In this document: positions 37,732 to 48,133 of the stretch, piece by piece
Layout: each line of letters begins with the position of its first letter
Numbering within the stretch: the stretch's first letter is position 1
Origin: Kiritimatiellia bacterium
Lineage (GTDB): Bacteria; Verrucomicrobiota; Kiritimatiellia; CAIVKH01
Length of the DNA stretch: 64,000 bases
NCBI GenBank assembly: GCA_023953695.1
Contig: JAMLJG010000010.1
Coordinates: 3,069 to 67,068, forward strand
Reading direction: 5' to 3'
Made by a program: the position numbers and the translations under genes
The notes under the pieces: generated by a model
The model's input: only the letters and a program-made list of their open reading frames with translations
Databases searched by the model: none
Told to the model about the DNA's origin: nothing

Positions 37732-37871
37732 CACATTTCTCTGAAAACAAGCACGCAACATAAGCAAAGAGGCCGCGGAAACGCCAGCGCGGACTTTCCC
37801 CACGAAAAATCGCCCTCCGCGCCCTCTCCCCGCCCTCCCCACAGCCGCCGCCCCCCCTCAAACCGCCCCAC

Positions 37872-37918
37872 TTCCAATCCTTGGAAGCCCGCGCAGATGT
37901 CTTTTCCAATCCTTGGAA
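37872..37918. repeat. pair of TTCCAATCCTTGGAA palindromes, 32-bp phase (37872-37886, 37904-37918)
   Basis: Read directly. Lies in the divergent alaS/proB intergenic region and ends 23 nt before the proB ATG. Confidence 0.95.
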
Positions 37919-37941
37919 GTCTTTGATACACTTTCCGCTTT

Positions 37942-39084
37942 ATGAATGTGGCAAGTGTCAAACGCCCCGCGCTCGCCGCGGCGCAGCGGATTGTGATCAA
38001 GATCGGCAGCCGCGTCCTCGTGCAGCGGACGGGCCGCCCGGACATCCGGCGCATGCGCGAGCTGGTGCGCCAGATCGCCGAATTGCACAAGGCGGGCCGC
38101 GAGGTGGTCCTCGTCTCCTCCGGCGCCATTGGCAGCGGCATCGAGGCGATGGGCTGGCGCAAGCGCCCCACCACGCTCAAATTGCTGCAAATGGCCGCCG
38201 CAGTGGGCCAGTCTCGCTTGATGGCGACGTATGACGAGCTGTTCAGCGCGCACGACATTCAAATCGGCCAGATCCTCCTCACACACGACGACCTGCGCCA
38301 CCGCACGCGCCACCTCAATGCCTCGGAGGCGATGGACACGCTCATGGAGCACCGCGTCATTCCAATTGTGAACGAGAACGACGTCGTCGCGATTGACGAA
38401 ATCAAGTTCGGCGATAACGACCTCCTCGCGGCGCTCACGAGTTTGCTCATCCAAGCGGACGCACTTGTCCTGCTTTCAACGGTGGACGGATTCCGAGCGC
38501 CAATCGGAAATGGGCGCACACGCCGCGTCCCCACGCTGCACGGCGTCACCGAAAAGGAACTATCGCTCGCGCTCGGAAAGGGCAGCGAACTCTCGACCGG
38601 CGGCATGGCGAGCAAACTGCAATCCGCCGGAATGGTCGCGGAAAACGGCATTCCCGTCGTAATCGCAAACGGGCGGTCCGACGCCATCCTTGATCGGATA
38701 TTGGCCGGAGCCGATGCGGGCACCTGGATCGTCGCGAGCGAACGCGCGAACAAGCTCTCGCGCCGCGAGCGCTGGATCGCGCTCTTCCACCGCCCCGAAG
38801 GCGCGCTGATTGTGGACGATGGCGCGCGCGCGGCGCTCTCGCAAAAAGGCAGCAGCCTGCTCCCCGTCGGCATTCGCGAGGTGGAAGGCGATTTCGATGC
38901 GGGCCAAGTCGTCGCCATCAAAGCCCTCGATGGCACGCCGATCGGACGCGGCCTCAGCGGGCATTCCAGCACAGAACTTCGCCTGATGAAGGGCAAACAC
39001 TCCAAAGAACTCGCCGCGCTGCTCGGCGCGGGCGAATCGCCCGTGGCCGTGCACCGCGACAACTTGGTTTTCAGGAAACGATAG
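37942..39084 (+). CDS. proB: glutamate 5-kinase with C-terminal PUA domain
   Basis: IVIKIGSRVL, VLVSSGAIGSG, NENDVVAIDEIKFGDNDLLAA, and a PUA-like C-terminus. Followed by proA. Confidence 0.95.
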   Translation: MNVASVKRPALAAAQRIVIKIGSRVLVQRTGRPDIRRMRELVRQIAELHKAGREVVLVSSGAIGSGIEAMGWRKRPTTLKLLQMAAAVGQSRLMATYDELFSAHDIQIGQILLTHDDLRHRTRHLNASEAMDTLMEHRVIPIVNENDVVAIDEIKFGDNDLLAALTSLLIQADALVLLSTVDGFRAPIGNGRTRRVPTLHGVTEKELSLALGKGSELSTGGMASKLQSAGMVAENGIPVVIANGRSDAILDRILAGADAGTWIVASERANKLSRRERWIALFHRPEGALIVDDGARAALSQKGSSLLPVGIREVEGDFDAGQVVAIKALDGTPIGRGLSGHSSTELRLMKGKHSKELAALLGAGESPVAVHRDNLVFRKR

Positions 39085-39109
39085 ACGCAGCCCATGGAGA
39101 GAATCCGAT

Positions 39110-40363
39110 ATGAACCTGCATGATGAAATGATAGCCATGGGCGATCGCGCCGTGGCAGCCGCGCGCGCAATGGCACAGCTCTCTAGCCGCCGCAAGAACG
39201 CCATCCTCGAAGCGATGGCAGACGAACTGGACCAACGCCGCGAGGCGATCAAAGAGGCCAACGCCCGCGACATGGAGGCCGCCAAGGTGGCGGGGCTCTC
39301 CGGCGCGATGCTCGACCGCCTGCTCCTGACCGATGGCCGCATTGACGGCATGATCAAGGGCATTCGCGATGTGGTCGGCCTCCGGGATCCCGTCGGCCAG
39401 GAAATCAGCAAATGGATGCGCCCGAATGGACTCGAGATTTTCAAAGTGCGCGTCCCCATCGGCGTCATCGCGATTATTTATGAATCGCGCCCCAACGTAA
39501 CGGCCGACTCCTCCGTGCTCTGCATCAAGACCGGAAACGCCGTAATCCTGCGCGGCGGCAAGGAAGCGCTGCACTCCAACACAGCCATTGCCGACGCCCT
39601 GCAGGCGGGAGGCAAGGAAAAGGGCCTTCCCGACAACGCGATCCAAATCGTCGGCACGACAGATCGCGACGCGATCCGCGAACTCGTCCAAATGGAAGGC
39701 CGCGTGGACCTCGCGATCCCGCGCGGCGGCGAAGGACTCATCCGCGCCGTGGCCGAAAACGCGCGCGTGCCAGTCATCAAGCACTACAAAGGCGTCTGCT
39801 ACATCCACGTGGACAAATCGGCCGACCACGACATGGCAATTCAGATCGTCGAGAACGCCAAATGCCAGCGGCCCGGCGTCTGCAACGCAGCCGAGCACGT
39901 CTTGATTGACGAGGCCATCGCGCCCTCCCTTCTCCCCGACCTCGTGAAAACTCTGCGCACCAAGAATGTCGAACTACGCGGCGACGAAGCGGCTCGCTCA
40001 ATCGTGGGCGATCTCAAACCCGCGACGGAGGCCGATTGGGATACCGAATATCTGGACCTCATCCTGGGTGTCAAAATTGTGCCCAACCTGCAGGCCGCCA
40101 TTAATCACATCAATCAACACGGCTCGCACCACTCCGACGCCATCGTCGCCAGCGACCCCGCGGCACAACGAGACTTCACAGAACAAGTGGACTCGGCCAC
40201 GGTCTATGTGAACGCCTCCACGCGATTCACCGATGGCGCCGAATTTGGACTCGGCGCGGAAATCGGGATCAGCACCGACAAACTCCACGCCCGTGGGCCG
40301 ATGGGGCTCGAAGAACTGACCACGTACAAATACGTGATCCAGGGAACCGGGCAAGTTCGCTGA
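39110..40363 (+). CDS. proA: gamma-glutamyl phosphate reductase
   Basis: GVIAIIYESRPNVT, catalytic-Cys region CNAAEHVLI, and HGSHHSDAIV. 417 aa. Confidence 0.95.
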   Translation: MNLHDEMIAMGDRAVAAARAMAQLSSRRKNAILEAMADELDQRREAIKEANARDMEAAKVAGLSGAMLDRLLLTDGRIDGMIKGIRDVVGLRDPVGQEISKWMRPNGLEIFKVRVPIGVIAIIYESRPNVTADSSVLCIKTGNAVILRGGKEALHSNTAIADALQAGGKEKGLPDNAIQIVGTTDRDAIRELVQMEGRVDLAIPRGGEGLIRAVAENARVPVIKHYKGVCYIHVDKSADHDMAIQIVENAKCQRPGVCNAAEHVLIDEAIAPSLLPDLVKTLRTKNVELRGDEAARSIVGDLKPATEADWDTEYLDLILGVKIVPNLQAAINHINQHGSHHSDAIVASDPAAQRDFTEQVDSATVYVNASTRFTDGAEFGLGAEIGISTDKLHARGPMGLEELTTYKYVIQGTGQVR

Positions 40364-40396
40364 TCGAAACGCTGCGAGGGCCGCCTCGCGCGCGGC

Positions 40397-40834
40397 TCAC
40401 GCAGCGGGCGCGCCCGCCTTGGCAAAGAACTCGGCGGGCGGCTCCGCGAGACGCCGCGCCGCGTAATCGAAAAACACAAACCCCGTCGTCGCGCGCGCGA
40501 CCTCGGCCGCTTCATCGCCCTTGGTGACGAAATAGGTCAGCTCGAACCCGCGCTTGCTCACCTCCGTCACCGCAATGCTCACCGTGGCGACGTCTCCATA
40601 AACCAGCTCCGCTTTGAAACGAATCCCGATATCCACCAGAATCAAACCCACCGGCTCCGCGAGAAGCTCCGATGGATATCCCAGGCCGCGCAGCCACTGC
40701 ACGCGCGCTTCCTGCAGGAGAGAGAGCATCGTGTCGTTGCCGACGTGACGGCCGTAGTTGAGGTCCGTGATGCGAACCGGAATCGCAGTGGAAAACGCCC
40801 AGCGTTCGGGCAAATTGATTTTCTGGCGAGGCAT
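40397..40834 (-). CDS. hotdog-fold acyl-CoA thioesterase (4HBT/YbgC-like)
   Basis: VRITDLNYGRHVGNDTMLSLLQEARVQWL is typical of 4HBT-type thioesterases. Start trimmed to MPRQKIN. Confidence 0.7.
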   Translation of the reverse strand: MPRQKINLPERWAFSTAIPVRITDLNYGRHVGNDTMLSLLQEARVQWLRGLGYPSELLAEPVGLILVDIGIRFKAELVYGDVATVSIAVTEVSKRGFELTYFVTKGDEAAEVARATTGFVFFDYAARRLAEPPAEFFAKAGAPAA

Positions 40835-40876
40835 GGCGCGAACCCAAAAGCCCCGAGTCACGTTCGGGGAAATAAG

Positions 40877-40953
40877 TGGCGGGAGCGACGGGGCTCGAAC
40901 CCGCAACCTCTGCCGTGACAGGGCAGCGCTCTAACCAGTTGAGCTACGCCCCC
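40877..40953 (-). tRNA. tRNA-Asp (anticodon GTC)
   Basis: The reverse complement folds as a 77-nt cloverleaf. Acceptor GGGGGCG/CGCTCCC (one G-U); anticodon stem CTGCC/GGCAG with loop CTGTCAC; T-arm GCGGG-TTCGAGC-CCCGT; encoded CCA. Confidence 0.9.
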
Positions 40954-41022
40954 GCCAAAAGAGAACGCAAAGATAGGCTATACCCTCACGAGATCAAGCT
41001 CTTTTGCTGACCCTTTCCGCCT

Positions 41023-42258
41023 TTAATCCGCCTGCGCGGCGTGGAGCGGGTGCACAAAGAGACCCGATCGCAACTTGGGCTCAAACCAGGTGCTCTTGGG
41101 CGGCATGATCTGGCCCGCATCGGAAATCGCAATCAACTGATTCACATCCGTCGGGAATAGCGAAAAGCCCACCGCGCCGCGCCCGGTGTCCACGCGCTCC
41201 TTCACCTCTTCGGCGCTTCGGAATCCGCCGATGTAATCAATGCGCGAGTTGTTGCGCGGATCCGCAATCCCCAGCGCGGGGCCGAGCAGACGATCCTGCA
41301 AGACCGACACATCCAGGGCCGACACCGGGTCAGCCTTCGGATCGAGGTCCCAACTCAACGCATACCAGCGGCCGCCGAGATACATGTGCACGCAGCGGGC
41401 CGAGGTTGGGCGCGGCGAGGAAACCTCCGCCACACGGAAGGCCTGCCGCGCAGTATCCAAGAGCTGCTCCGCAGTGCGCCCATTCAAATCGTGAAGAACG
41501 CGATTGTAGGCCAGCACCTGCAACTGGCTGCCAGGAAAAATGGCGGCCATGAACCAGTTGTACGGTTCGTCACCGCGATGGTTCGGATTCTTCTCCTTCA
41601 ACTCGCGCCCGGCCCGCGCGGCCGCCGCCGCGCGGTGATGCCCGTCGGCCACGTAGGCAACGGGAACCGCCTCGAACGCGCGGCGAATCGCATCCACATC
41701 GGGCGCAACCCACACTTCGTGGCGAATGCCATCGGCCGCGCGAAAATCAATCTTCGGCGGATGCGCGATGATGCCCGCGACGAGGTAGTCAATCTCGGGC
41801 TGATCCGCATACAGCAGGAAAATCGGCCCCGTCTGCGCGCCCACCTGCAACACGTGCTGCGTGCGGTCGTCTTCCGTCGGCTTCTTCGTCTTCTCGTGCT
41901 TCTTGATCCGATCGGCGTAGTAATCGTCCACATGAAAGCCGCCGACCAGACCGGTCTGCGAATGGGTGCCCATCGTAATGCGATAGACGTAGAGCGCCGG
42001 GCCCTCCGTCAACGCGAGGTCGCCACTCTGAATCAGGCGCTCGAGGTTGGCGCGCGCGGTCTTGTGATGCACTCCGGAGGCAGCATCAAATGCTGTAGGC
42101 AAATCCACCTCCGGCCGCTCCACGTGGAGAAAGCTGGACGGGTTCGCTTGGGCCTCGCGTCGGGCATCTTCCAGCTCGCCCACATCGTAGGGAAGGCTGG
42201 CAACGGCAGCCGCGCGCGCGGGAGGTGGCTGCAAGACTCGAATGGGATGAAGTCGCAT
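41023..42258 (-). CDS. DUF1015 domain protein
   Basis: 411 aa. N-terminus MRLHPIRVLQP...YDV and the central YVADGHHR motif match my recollection of DUF1015. Confidence 0.65.
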   Translation of the reverse strand: MRLHPIRVLQPPPARAAAVASLPYDVGELEDARREAQANPSSFLHVERPEVDLPTAFDAASGVHHKTARANLERLIQSGDLALTEGPALYVYRITMGTHSQTGLVGGFHVDDYYADRIKKHEKTKKPTEDDRTQHVLQVGAQTGPIFLLYADQPEIDYLVAGIIAHPPKIDFRAADGIRHEVWVAPDVDAIRRAFEAVPVAYVADGHHRAAAAARAGRELKEKNPNHRGDEPYNWFMAAIFPGSQLQVLAYNRVLHDLNGRTAEQLLDTARQAFRVAEVSSPRPTSARCVHMYLGGRWYALSWDLDPKADPVSALDVSVLQDRLLGPALGIADPRNNSRIDYIGGFRSAEEVKERVDTGRGAVGFSLFPTDVNQLIAISDAGQIMPPKSTWFEPKLRSGLFVHPLHAAQAD

Positions 42259-42382
42259 GAAAACGTCGCTCCTCTCAAAAAATGAGCATCCGATGTATCA
42301 CGCGAGACCCGTTGTGTCACGGAGTTTGCAAGCGCGCGGCTCCCCCTTGTCACAAACCCGACCCGACCCCTATAGTGCCGCC

Positions 42383-43450
42383 ATGAAAACCGCCATCCGG
42401 ACCGCCATCGCAGCGTTCGCCCTGGCAGCCCTGCCCGGCGTTGCCGCAGAAACCAGTAGTATCCCCATGAACCCACTCGCTCCCAGTTCCCTATACGGCC
42501 ACACCAACGCGTTCCTTCTCCAGAATCGCCAGGTCGAATTCGCCATCTTCCCCACCATCGGCCGCGTCGGGCTCATGAACTTCCGAGGGGAGCCGAACCT
42601 GCTCCGCTTCGATGAAGGGCTCGCCTCGCGCGCAACCGAACCCGCCACCGAGCCCTCGGGCGAGTGGCGCAACTTCGGCGGCGACTGGGTCTGGCCCGTT
42701 TCGCAGAACCGCTGGCCCGACCACTTCGCGGGCTACTGGCCCCCGCCCTGGCTCCTCGACGGCCCCGCGTGGACCGCGCGCGGCTGGGTCAACCGCGACC
42801 AATCGCAAACCGTCCTGCTCGAAATCAAACTCGGCGCACCGGTGAACATCGCCGTCCAGCGAAAGTTTACGCTCCCCGCCGACGCCACCACCCTCACCAT
42901 CCAGCAGCGCATCGAGCGCACTGCCGATTCCTCCATCCCCGTCACCCTCTGGAACATCAGCCAACTGAAAGGCGTCCAACGTATCGCCATGGCCGTCGAA
43001 ACCAACTCCGCATTCGTGGACGGCTATCACGTCCTCGACTTCTCCCCTCCGCGCGAAGAAATCCTGCATCGCGAGACGCCCTCCGTCCTCGTCGCCGACG
43101 TAACAAACGCGGGCGAAATCAAAATCGGAACCGATTCCCCACGCGGCTGGATCGCCGCCCAACGCGACGACTTCGCGGTGATCGAACGAGCCATCGGCTC
43201 ACCCACCGCAACGGACTTCCCCGACGGCGGCTGCCGCACCGAGGTCTACTCGAACAGCGGACTCGGCTACACCGAAGTCGAAACGCTCAGCGAAGAGCGA
43301 AACCTCGCCGTCGGCGAAGCCATCGAGAACACCCTCACCCTCTCGCTCCACCGCATCGCCGCGGGACTCGACGCAACCGCCTTCGCCACGCGCATCCGCG
43401 AACTCCTCGGCGAACAAGCGCCCGCCACCCCGGCCCCCGTCGCCCACTGA
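42383..43450 (+). CDS. secreted hypothetical protein
   Basis: Signal peptide MKTAIRTAIAAFALAALPGVAA. Beta-rich, with no confident family. The track extension to 42257 overlaps the divergent gene start. Confidence 0.5.
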   Translation: MKTAIRTAIAAFALAALPGVAAETSSIPMNPLAPSSLYGHTNAFLLQNRQVEFAIFPTIGRVGLMNFRGEPNLLRFDEGLASRATEPATEPSGEWRNFGGDWVWPVSQNRWPDHFAGYWPPPWLLDGPAWTARGWVNRDQSQTVLLEIKLGAPVNIAVQRKFTLPADATTLTIQQRIERTADSSIPVTLWNISQLKGVQRIAMAVETNSAFVDGYHVLDFSPPREEILHRETPSVLVADVTNAGEIKIGTDSPRGWIAAQRDDFAVIERAIGSPTATDFPDGGCRTEVYSNSGLGYTEVETLSEERNLAVGEAIENTLTLSLHRIAAGLDATAFATRIRELLGEQAPATPAPVAH

Positions 43451-43479
43451 TCGCCCAACCCCCTCGCAGCAGCGGCGAC

Positions 43480-43526
43480 TTCCAACGATTGGAAATTGCC
43501 CCGACAATCACTTCCAACGCTTGGAA
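43480..43526. repeat. pair of palindromes TTCCAACGATTGGAA / TTCCAACGCTTGGAA, 32-bp phase
   Basis: Read directly. Lies between convergent gene ends (stops at 43450 and 43583). Confidence 0.95.
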
Positions 43527-43582
43527 AAAAGAGGCCCTCCGCGCGGAGGGCCTCTTCGATAAACACGCGATTGACAGGACGA

Positions 43583-44623
43583 CTACTGCGCCTTGATCTC
43601 CGTCCAGAGACGATCGAGCAGCGTGGCCGTCTCGCCAATGTCTTCGATGAACTCACAGCGATCGAGAACTTCATCCGGAGGGTAGATGTCGTCATCGCTA
43701 AGAATCTTCGGATCAATGAACTTCTTGGCTGGCTCGTTCGCGCTGGCATAGCTGCACCCGTTCACAATTTGCGCATTGATTTCCGGCTCCATGATGAATG
43801 AGAGGAATGCATAGGCATTCTCCACATTGCGCGACTTCGCAGGAATGCACACAGCATCCATCCAAAATGTGCCGCCCTCACTCGGAACCACATAGGCCAG
43901 GCGGTCCGGCGCTTCGGCGATAACCTCCGCCATCTGCCCATTGTAGCCGTGCGCAAGGTCCACATCGCCCGAGGCAAGAATGTTGTGAAAGTCGCCGCTG
44001 TTGTAGGTCTTCACCAACTTCTTCTGCTGCTTCAACAACTCGGCAGCTTGCCGGAGGATTTCGGGGTCTGTCTCATTGAGCGATTTGCCCATATACTTGA
44101 GCGCAACGGCGAAGCACTCGCGCGGATCGTCCAGCATCAGAATGCGCCCCGCATTCGCCGGATCAAACAGCACGCCCCAACTGTTCACCCCATCGGGAAA
44201 TTTTTCGCGGTTGTAGCCGATGCCTGTGGTGCCCCAGAAGTAGGGCATGGAAACCTTGTTCTCGGGATCGAACTTCTTGTTGAGAAACTTCGGATTCAGA
44301 TTTCCCCACGTGGTGATCTTCGAATGGTCGAGCGGGTGCACCAAACCCTCGTTGGCGAGGATCGTCACCATGTAGTCCGAGGGAACCACGATGTCGTAAT
44401 CCGCCACACCGGACTGGAGCTTCTCCAGCAGTGCCTCGTTGGAATCGTAGGTGTCGTAATTCACATGAATGCCCGTTCGCTTCGTGAACTCGGCAATCAC
44501 CTCATCCGGCAAATAGGCAGACCAGATGAAAATGTTGAGCGTTTTCTCACTCTGTTTTCCACAGCCCGTGAACAACACGGCGCTACACACGACCGCGGCG
44601 AGGGCGGCCAGGACTCGTTTCAT
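43583..44623 (-). CDS. potD: spermidine/putrescine ABC transporter substrate-binding protein
   Basis: Lipoprotein-like signal (FTGC), and the PotD/PotF-type pattern LNIFIWSAYLPDEVI...YDIVVPSDYM. Last gene of the potABCD operon. Confidence 0.85.
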   Translation of the reverse strand: MKRVLAALAAVVCSAVLFTGCGKQSEKTLNIFIWSAYLPDEVIAEFTKRTGIHVNYDTYDSNEALLEKLQSGVADYDIVVPSDYMVTILANEGLVHPLDHSKITTWGNLNPKFLNKKFDPENKVSMPYFWGTTGIGYNREKFPDGVNSWGVLFDPANAGRILMLDDPRECFAVALKYMGKSLNETDPEILRQAAELLKQQKKLVKTYNSGDFHNILASGDVDLAHGYNGQMAEVIAEAPDRLAYVVPSEGGTFWMDAVCIPAKSRNVENAYAFLSFIMEPEINAQIVNGCSYASANEPAKKFIDPKILSDDDIYPPDEVLDRCEFIEDIGETATLLDRLWTEIKAQ

Positions 44624-45492
44624 TTGCGTTCTCCTTTTTCAGTTGGCGGCTGCTGCAAACGTTGCGCGACAATGATCATCACTATGGTGAAAAGGAGCAA
44701 GAGGGTCGAGATCGCATTGACCTCCGGAGTGACGCCGACCTTGATCATCGAGTAGATCTGCAGCGGAAGCGTCGTCGCGCCTGCGCCGGCCACGAACGAG
44801 GTGATCACATAATCATCAATCGAAATGGTGAACACCAGCAGCGCACCCGCGATGACGCCGGGCAGAATCAGCGGGAGGGTGACGCGGAAGAAGGTCTGCA
44901 CCGGGCCCGCGCCGAGGTCCATCGCGGCCTCTTCCAGCGAGCGGTCAAACCCCGCCAGCCGAGCGCGAACCACAATCGCCACATACGAAACGCTGAACAC
45001 GATGTGAGAAATGATGACCGTCCAAACGCTCAGCCGCATCTGAATCACGCCAAAAAAGGTGACCATCGCCACGCCCAACACGATTTCGGGAATGATGATC
45101 GGCAGAAACAGCAGCGCCTGCGTTGGCCCCTTCCCCTTGAACTCATAGCGCCCCAGCGCAAGCGCCGCGAGGGTTCCGATGAGCGTGCAGACAACCGTCG
45201 CCGTCCCCGCGACGAGCAAACTGTTCATCATCGACTTCAGGATCAGCTTGTTCTCCATCAGCCGCCCATACCACTGCAAAGTGAACCCTTCCCACCGCGC
45301 AGTCTGCTTCGCCTCGTTGAAAGAAAAGGCAACCAGGATCACAATCGGGGCATAGAGGAAAATGTAGACCAGCAGCGAGTGAAACCCCATCGCCTTTCGC
45401 TCCCAGCGAAACGGCGCCGCGCCGCGCGGCGCCACAGCGCGCTTCCCCACAAATTGCGGAGTGGTCTCAATGTCGGGAGCCGACTCGCTCAC
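44620..45492 (-). CDS. potC: spermidine/putrescine ABC transporter permease
   Basis: YIFLYAPIVILVAFSFN and the EAA-loop region LEEAAMDLGAGPVQTFFRVTLP. The start is uncertain: GTG at 45492 forms a GTGA overlap with the potB stop, and alternatives are GTG 45528 or ATG 45390. Confidence 0.85.
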   Translation of the reverse strand: MSESAPDIETTPQFVGKRAVAPRGAAPFRWERKAMGFHSLLVYIFLYAPIVILVAFSFNEAKQTARWEGFTLQWYGRLMENKLILKSMMNSLLVAGTATVVCTLIGTLAALALGRYEFKGKGPTQALLFLPIIIPEIVLGVAMVTFFGVIQMRLSVWTVIISHIVFSVSYVAIVVRARLAGFDRSLEEAAMDLGAGPVQTFFRVTLPLILPGVIAGALLVFTISIDDYVITSFVAGAGATTLPLQIYSMIKVGVTPEVNAISTLLLLFTIVMIIVAQRLQQPPTEKGERK

Positions 45493-46388
45493 AGCATCGC
45501 CTCCTGCCCCTTCTTCTTCGACCACCACGCATACGCCAACAGCAGAACCAGCACAACGGCCGTAAGCTCAAAGGCAATGGCGGAGCCAAAGGGCTTGTTT
45601 CGCGCGATGGAAAACTGGTTCTGGATCAGGTTTCCAACCAGCATGCTCTTGGCGCCGCCGAGCAAATCGGAAACCACAAACTGCCCGATGCTCGGAATGA
45701 AAACGAGGACAATGCCCGCCACAATGCCCGGCATCGTCAGCGGAACTGTGACGCGCCAGAACGTGGAGGCGTGATTGGCCCCCAAGTCGCCAGACGCCTC
45801 CAGCAGCGTCAGATCCAATTTTTCGAGCGAGGCATAGAGCGGCAAAATCATGAAGGGCAACTCGCCATACACCAAACCAATCATCACCGCGAACTCGTTG
45901 TAGAGCAAATCCAGCGGTTGCTGGATCAATCCCGCCTGCATCAACAGCGTATTCGCCAAACCCTCGGTGCGAAGAATCAGCATCCACGCATACGTGCGAA
46001 TCAGAAAACTGGTCCAAAACGGAACGACGACCAGCGCGAGCAGCAGATTCTTCCACCGCGTCGGCGCGACAATCGCGATGTAGTACGCAATCGGGTAGCT
46101 GATCAGCAAACACAACACCGTCGTCGCAACCGCCATCCAGATCGAGCGCCAGTAGATCGGAAGATAGAGCGCGTCCAACGATTGGCGGTAGTTGGCGAGG
46201 AAATCGCCCGACGAAAGGTAGCCCCACCAGTCAACAATGGGCTTGAGCCCGCCATACGTGCCGCGCATGCCGAAACTGATCACGAGCATGATCACGAGCG
46301 GCAGCACAAAGAAGATGCCGAGAAAAAACCACGCAGGCGAAACCAACAAACGCGGTGCCGGACTCGACTTGTTGGAGACTTCGGACAT
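45489..46388 (-). CDS. potB: spermidine/putrescine ABC transporter permease
   Basis: Six TM segments and the EAA loop LLEASGDLGANHASTFWRVTVPLTMPG. Confidence 0.85.
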   Translation of the reverse strand: MSEVSNKSSPAPRLLVSPAWFFLGIFFVLPLVIMLVISFGMRGTYGGLKPIVDWWGYLSSGDFLANYRQSLDALYLPIYWRSIWMAVATTVLCLLISYPIAYYIAIVAPTRWKNLLLALVVVPFWTSFLIRTYAWMLILRTEGLANTLLMQAGLIQQPLDLLYNEFAVMIGLVYGELPFMILPLYASLEKLDLTLLEASGDLGANHASTFWRVTVPLTMPGIVAGIVLVFIPSIGQFVVSDLLGGAKSMLVGNLIQNQFSIARNKPFGSAIAFELTAVVLVLLLAYAWWSKKKGQEAML

Positions 46389-46440
46389 GCCTAGAAAAAC
46401 TCGCTATTCGTGCGGACTCGATTCGATCGTTTCCGGATCT

Positions 46441-47565
46441 TCATCCCACCAACTGCCCATTTTCCTTCTTTTCCATCACCACAGTATCGCGCGGATTCCA
46501 ACTCATAAACGCCCGCCCACCCACTCGGAAGCGGCTGCTCTCCTGAAACGGGCGATCGTTCTGTTCATAGATGGTGTATCGCTCGCCCTCGTCGCTGCGC
46601 ACAACCCAAACGGTGTTCACGCCCTGATAGACGCGGTCCTCAATCGTGACCTCGATGCTGACTTCGCCATCGGACGTGCCGGACTTCGTTCGCAAATCGA
46701 GCTTTTCGGGCCGCACCACAAAGCGCACCGCATCGTCAGGCCGCCACGAATTGGAGCGCGCGCGGACGCGGATTTCGGATTCTGTGCGCGCGCCGATAGA
46801 GAGCAATCCCTCGGCCAAACTCTTCACCACGCCCGTAAAAAAGTTCGGGGCGCCCATAAATTGGGCGACAAACTCGGTCTTCGGATATTCAAACACGTGG
46901 TGCGAGGCGTCGAGCTGCTCCACCCGCCCCTGATTCATCACCGCAATGCGGTCGCTCATCGTCAGCGCCTCTTCCTGATCGTGCGTCACAAAGACGAACG
47001 TCAGTCCAAGGGAGCGCTGGAGATTCTTCAGCTCCAACTGCACTTCTTTGCGCAGTTTTTGATCCAGCGCGCCCAACGGCTCATCGAGCAGCAACACCTC
47101 CGGCTCCATCGCCAAGGCACGCGCCAGCGCCACGCGCTGCCGCTGTCCACCGCTCAACTGCGCCGGCAAGCGATCTTCGAAGCCTTCCAGCCGCACGAGC
47201 GCGAGCGATTCGCGCGCCTTTTTCACCGCATCCGCAGAACTGAGCTTCTTGTAGCGCAAACCGAATGCAACGTTGTCCAGCACGGCCAGATGCGGAAAGA
47301 GCGCATACGACTGGAACACCATGTTGACCGGGCGCTTGTAGGGCGGCAGATGCGTGACATCTTTCTCGCCAATCCGAATCGCGCCCGCTGTCGGCAACTC
47401 GAAGCCGCCGATCATCCGCAGCAGCGTGGTCTTGCCGCATCCGCTCGGACCCAGCAGCGAAAAGAACTCGCCCTTCTTGATTTCGAGCGAAACTGAGTCC
47501 ACAGCGACAAAATCGCCGAACCGCTTGCTCACCTCCCGGATTTCAACACTGATGGATTCGCTCAT
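46441..47565 (-). CDS. potA: spermidine/putrescine ABC transporter ATP-binding protein
   Basis: Walker A GPSGCGKTT, signature LSGGQRQRVALAR, Walker B LLLDEP, and a C-terminal TOBE-like domain. Confidence 0.9.
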   Translation of the reverse strand: MSESISVEIREVSKRFGDFVAVDSVSLEIKKGEFFSLLGPSGCGKTTLLRMIGGFELPTAGAIRIGEKDVTHLPPYKRPVNMVFQSYALFPHLAVLDNVAFGLRYKKLSSADAVKKARESLALVRLEGFEDRLPAQLSGGQRQRVALARALAMEPEVLLLDEPLGALDQKLRKEVQLELKNLQRSLGLTFVFVTHDQEEALTMSDRIAVMNQGRVEQLDASHHVFEYPKTEFVAQFMGAPNFFTGVVKSLAEGLLSIGARTESEIRVRARSNSWRPDDAVRFVVRPEKLDLRTKSGTSDGEVSIEVTIEDRVYQGVNTVWVVRSDEGERYTIYEQNDRPFQESSRFRVGGRAFMSWNPRDTVVMEKKENGQLVG

Positions 47566-47660
47566 CGTCCTTCGTGGAGAAAAGAGTGACTCGCAGCGCG
47601 AAAAAACGCAATCACGAGGACGCCAAAAACCGGGGTGGATTTCATTCCTCGGCGCAACCC

Positions 47661-48077
47661 TTATGCGGAATGCACAACCTTGATCGCCTTCTGAATATCG
47701 TTGACGCGAGCGACGATAAGGCTCTGCTCAACGTTGTCATCATCCGCCGAATACGCGTATTCCACGTTGATCCCCGCATCGGCCCAAGCCTTGATGGCGC
47801 CCGATAAACCGCCCGGCTTATTCGCGACGGTCAGCAAAACAACCTCGCGCTCCAACAGCATGTGGCCAGCATTCTTGAGCGCAGCAACCGCGTCGTCGTG
47901 CTTGTCCGCAATGATGCGAAGATAGCCCACATCCAATCCTTCAGAGAGCGATAGCGCGCGCATATTCAAGTCGCTCGCGCGCAAGGTCTCAATGACAGCG
48001 GATAACGTCCCCGGCCGGTTCTCCAGAAAAACGGTGATCTGCTTGCCCGGCTCCGCGCTGAAAAGTGTTTTGCTCAT
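47661..48077 (-). CDS. tandem ACT-domain (amino-acid-binding) protein
   Basis: Two beta-alpha-beta-beta-alpha-beta-like halves (ITVFLENRPGTLSAVIETL... and LLTVANKPGGLSGAIKAWA...). 138 aa. Confidence 0.7.
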   Translation of the reverse strand: MSKTLFSAEPGKQITVFLENRPGTLSAVIETLRASDLNMRALSLSEGLDVGYLRIIADKHDDAVAALKNAGHMLLEREVVLLTVANKPGGLSGAIKAWADAGINVEYAYSADDDNVEQSLIVARVNDIQKAIKVVHSA

Positions 48078-48133
48078 GCTGACCCGGATCTTACCACGAA
48101 AACCCCGAAGCGCACGGATGATTTTTCCGAAAA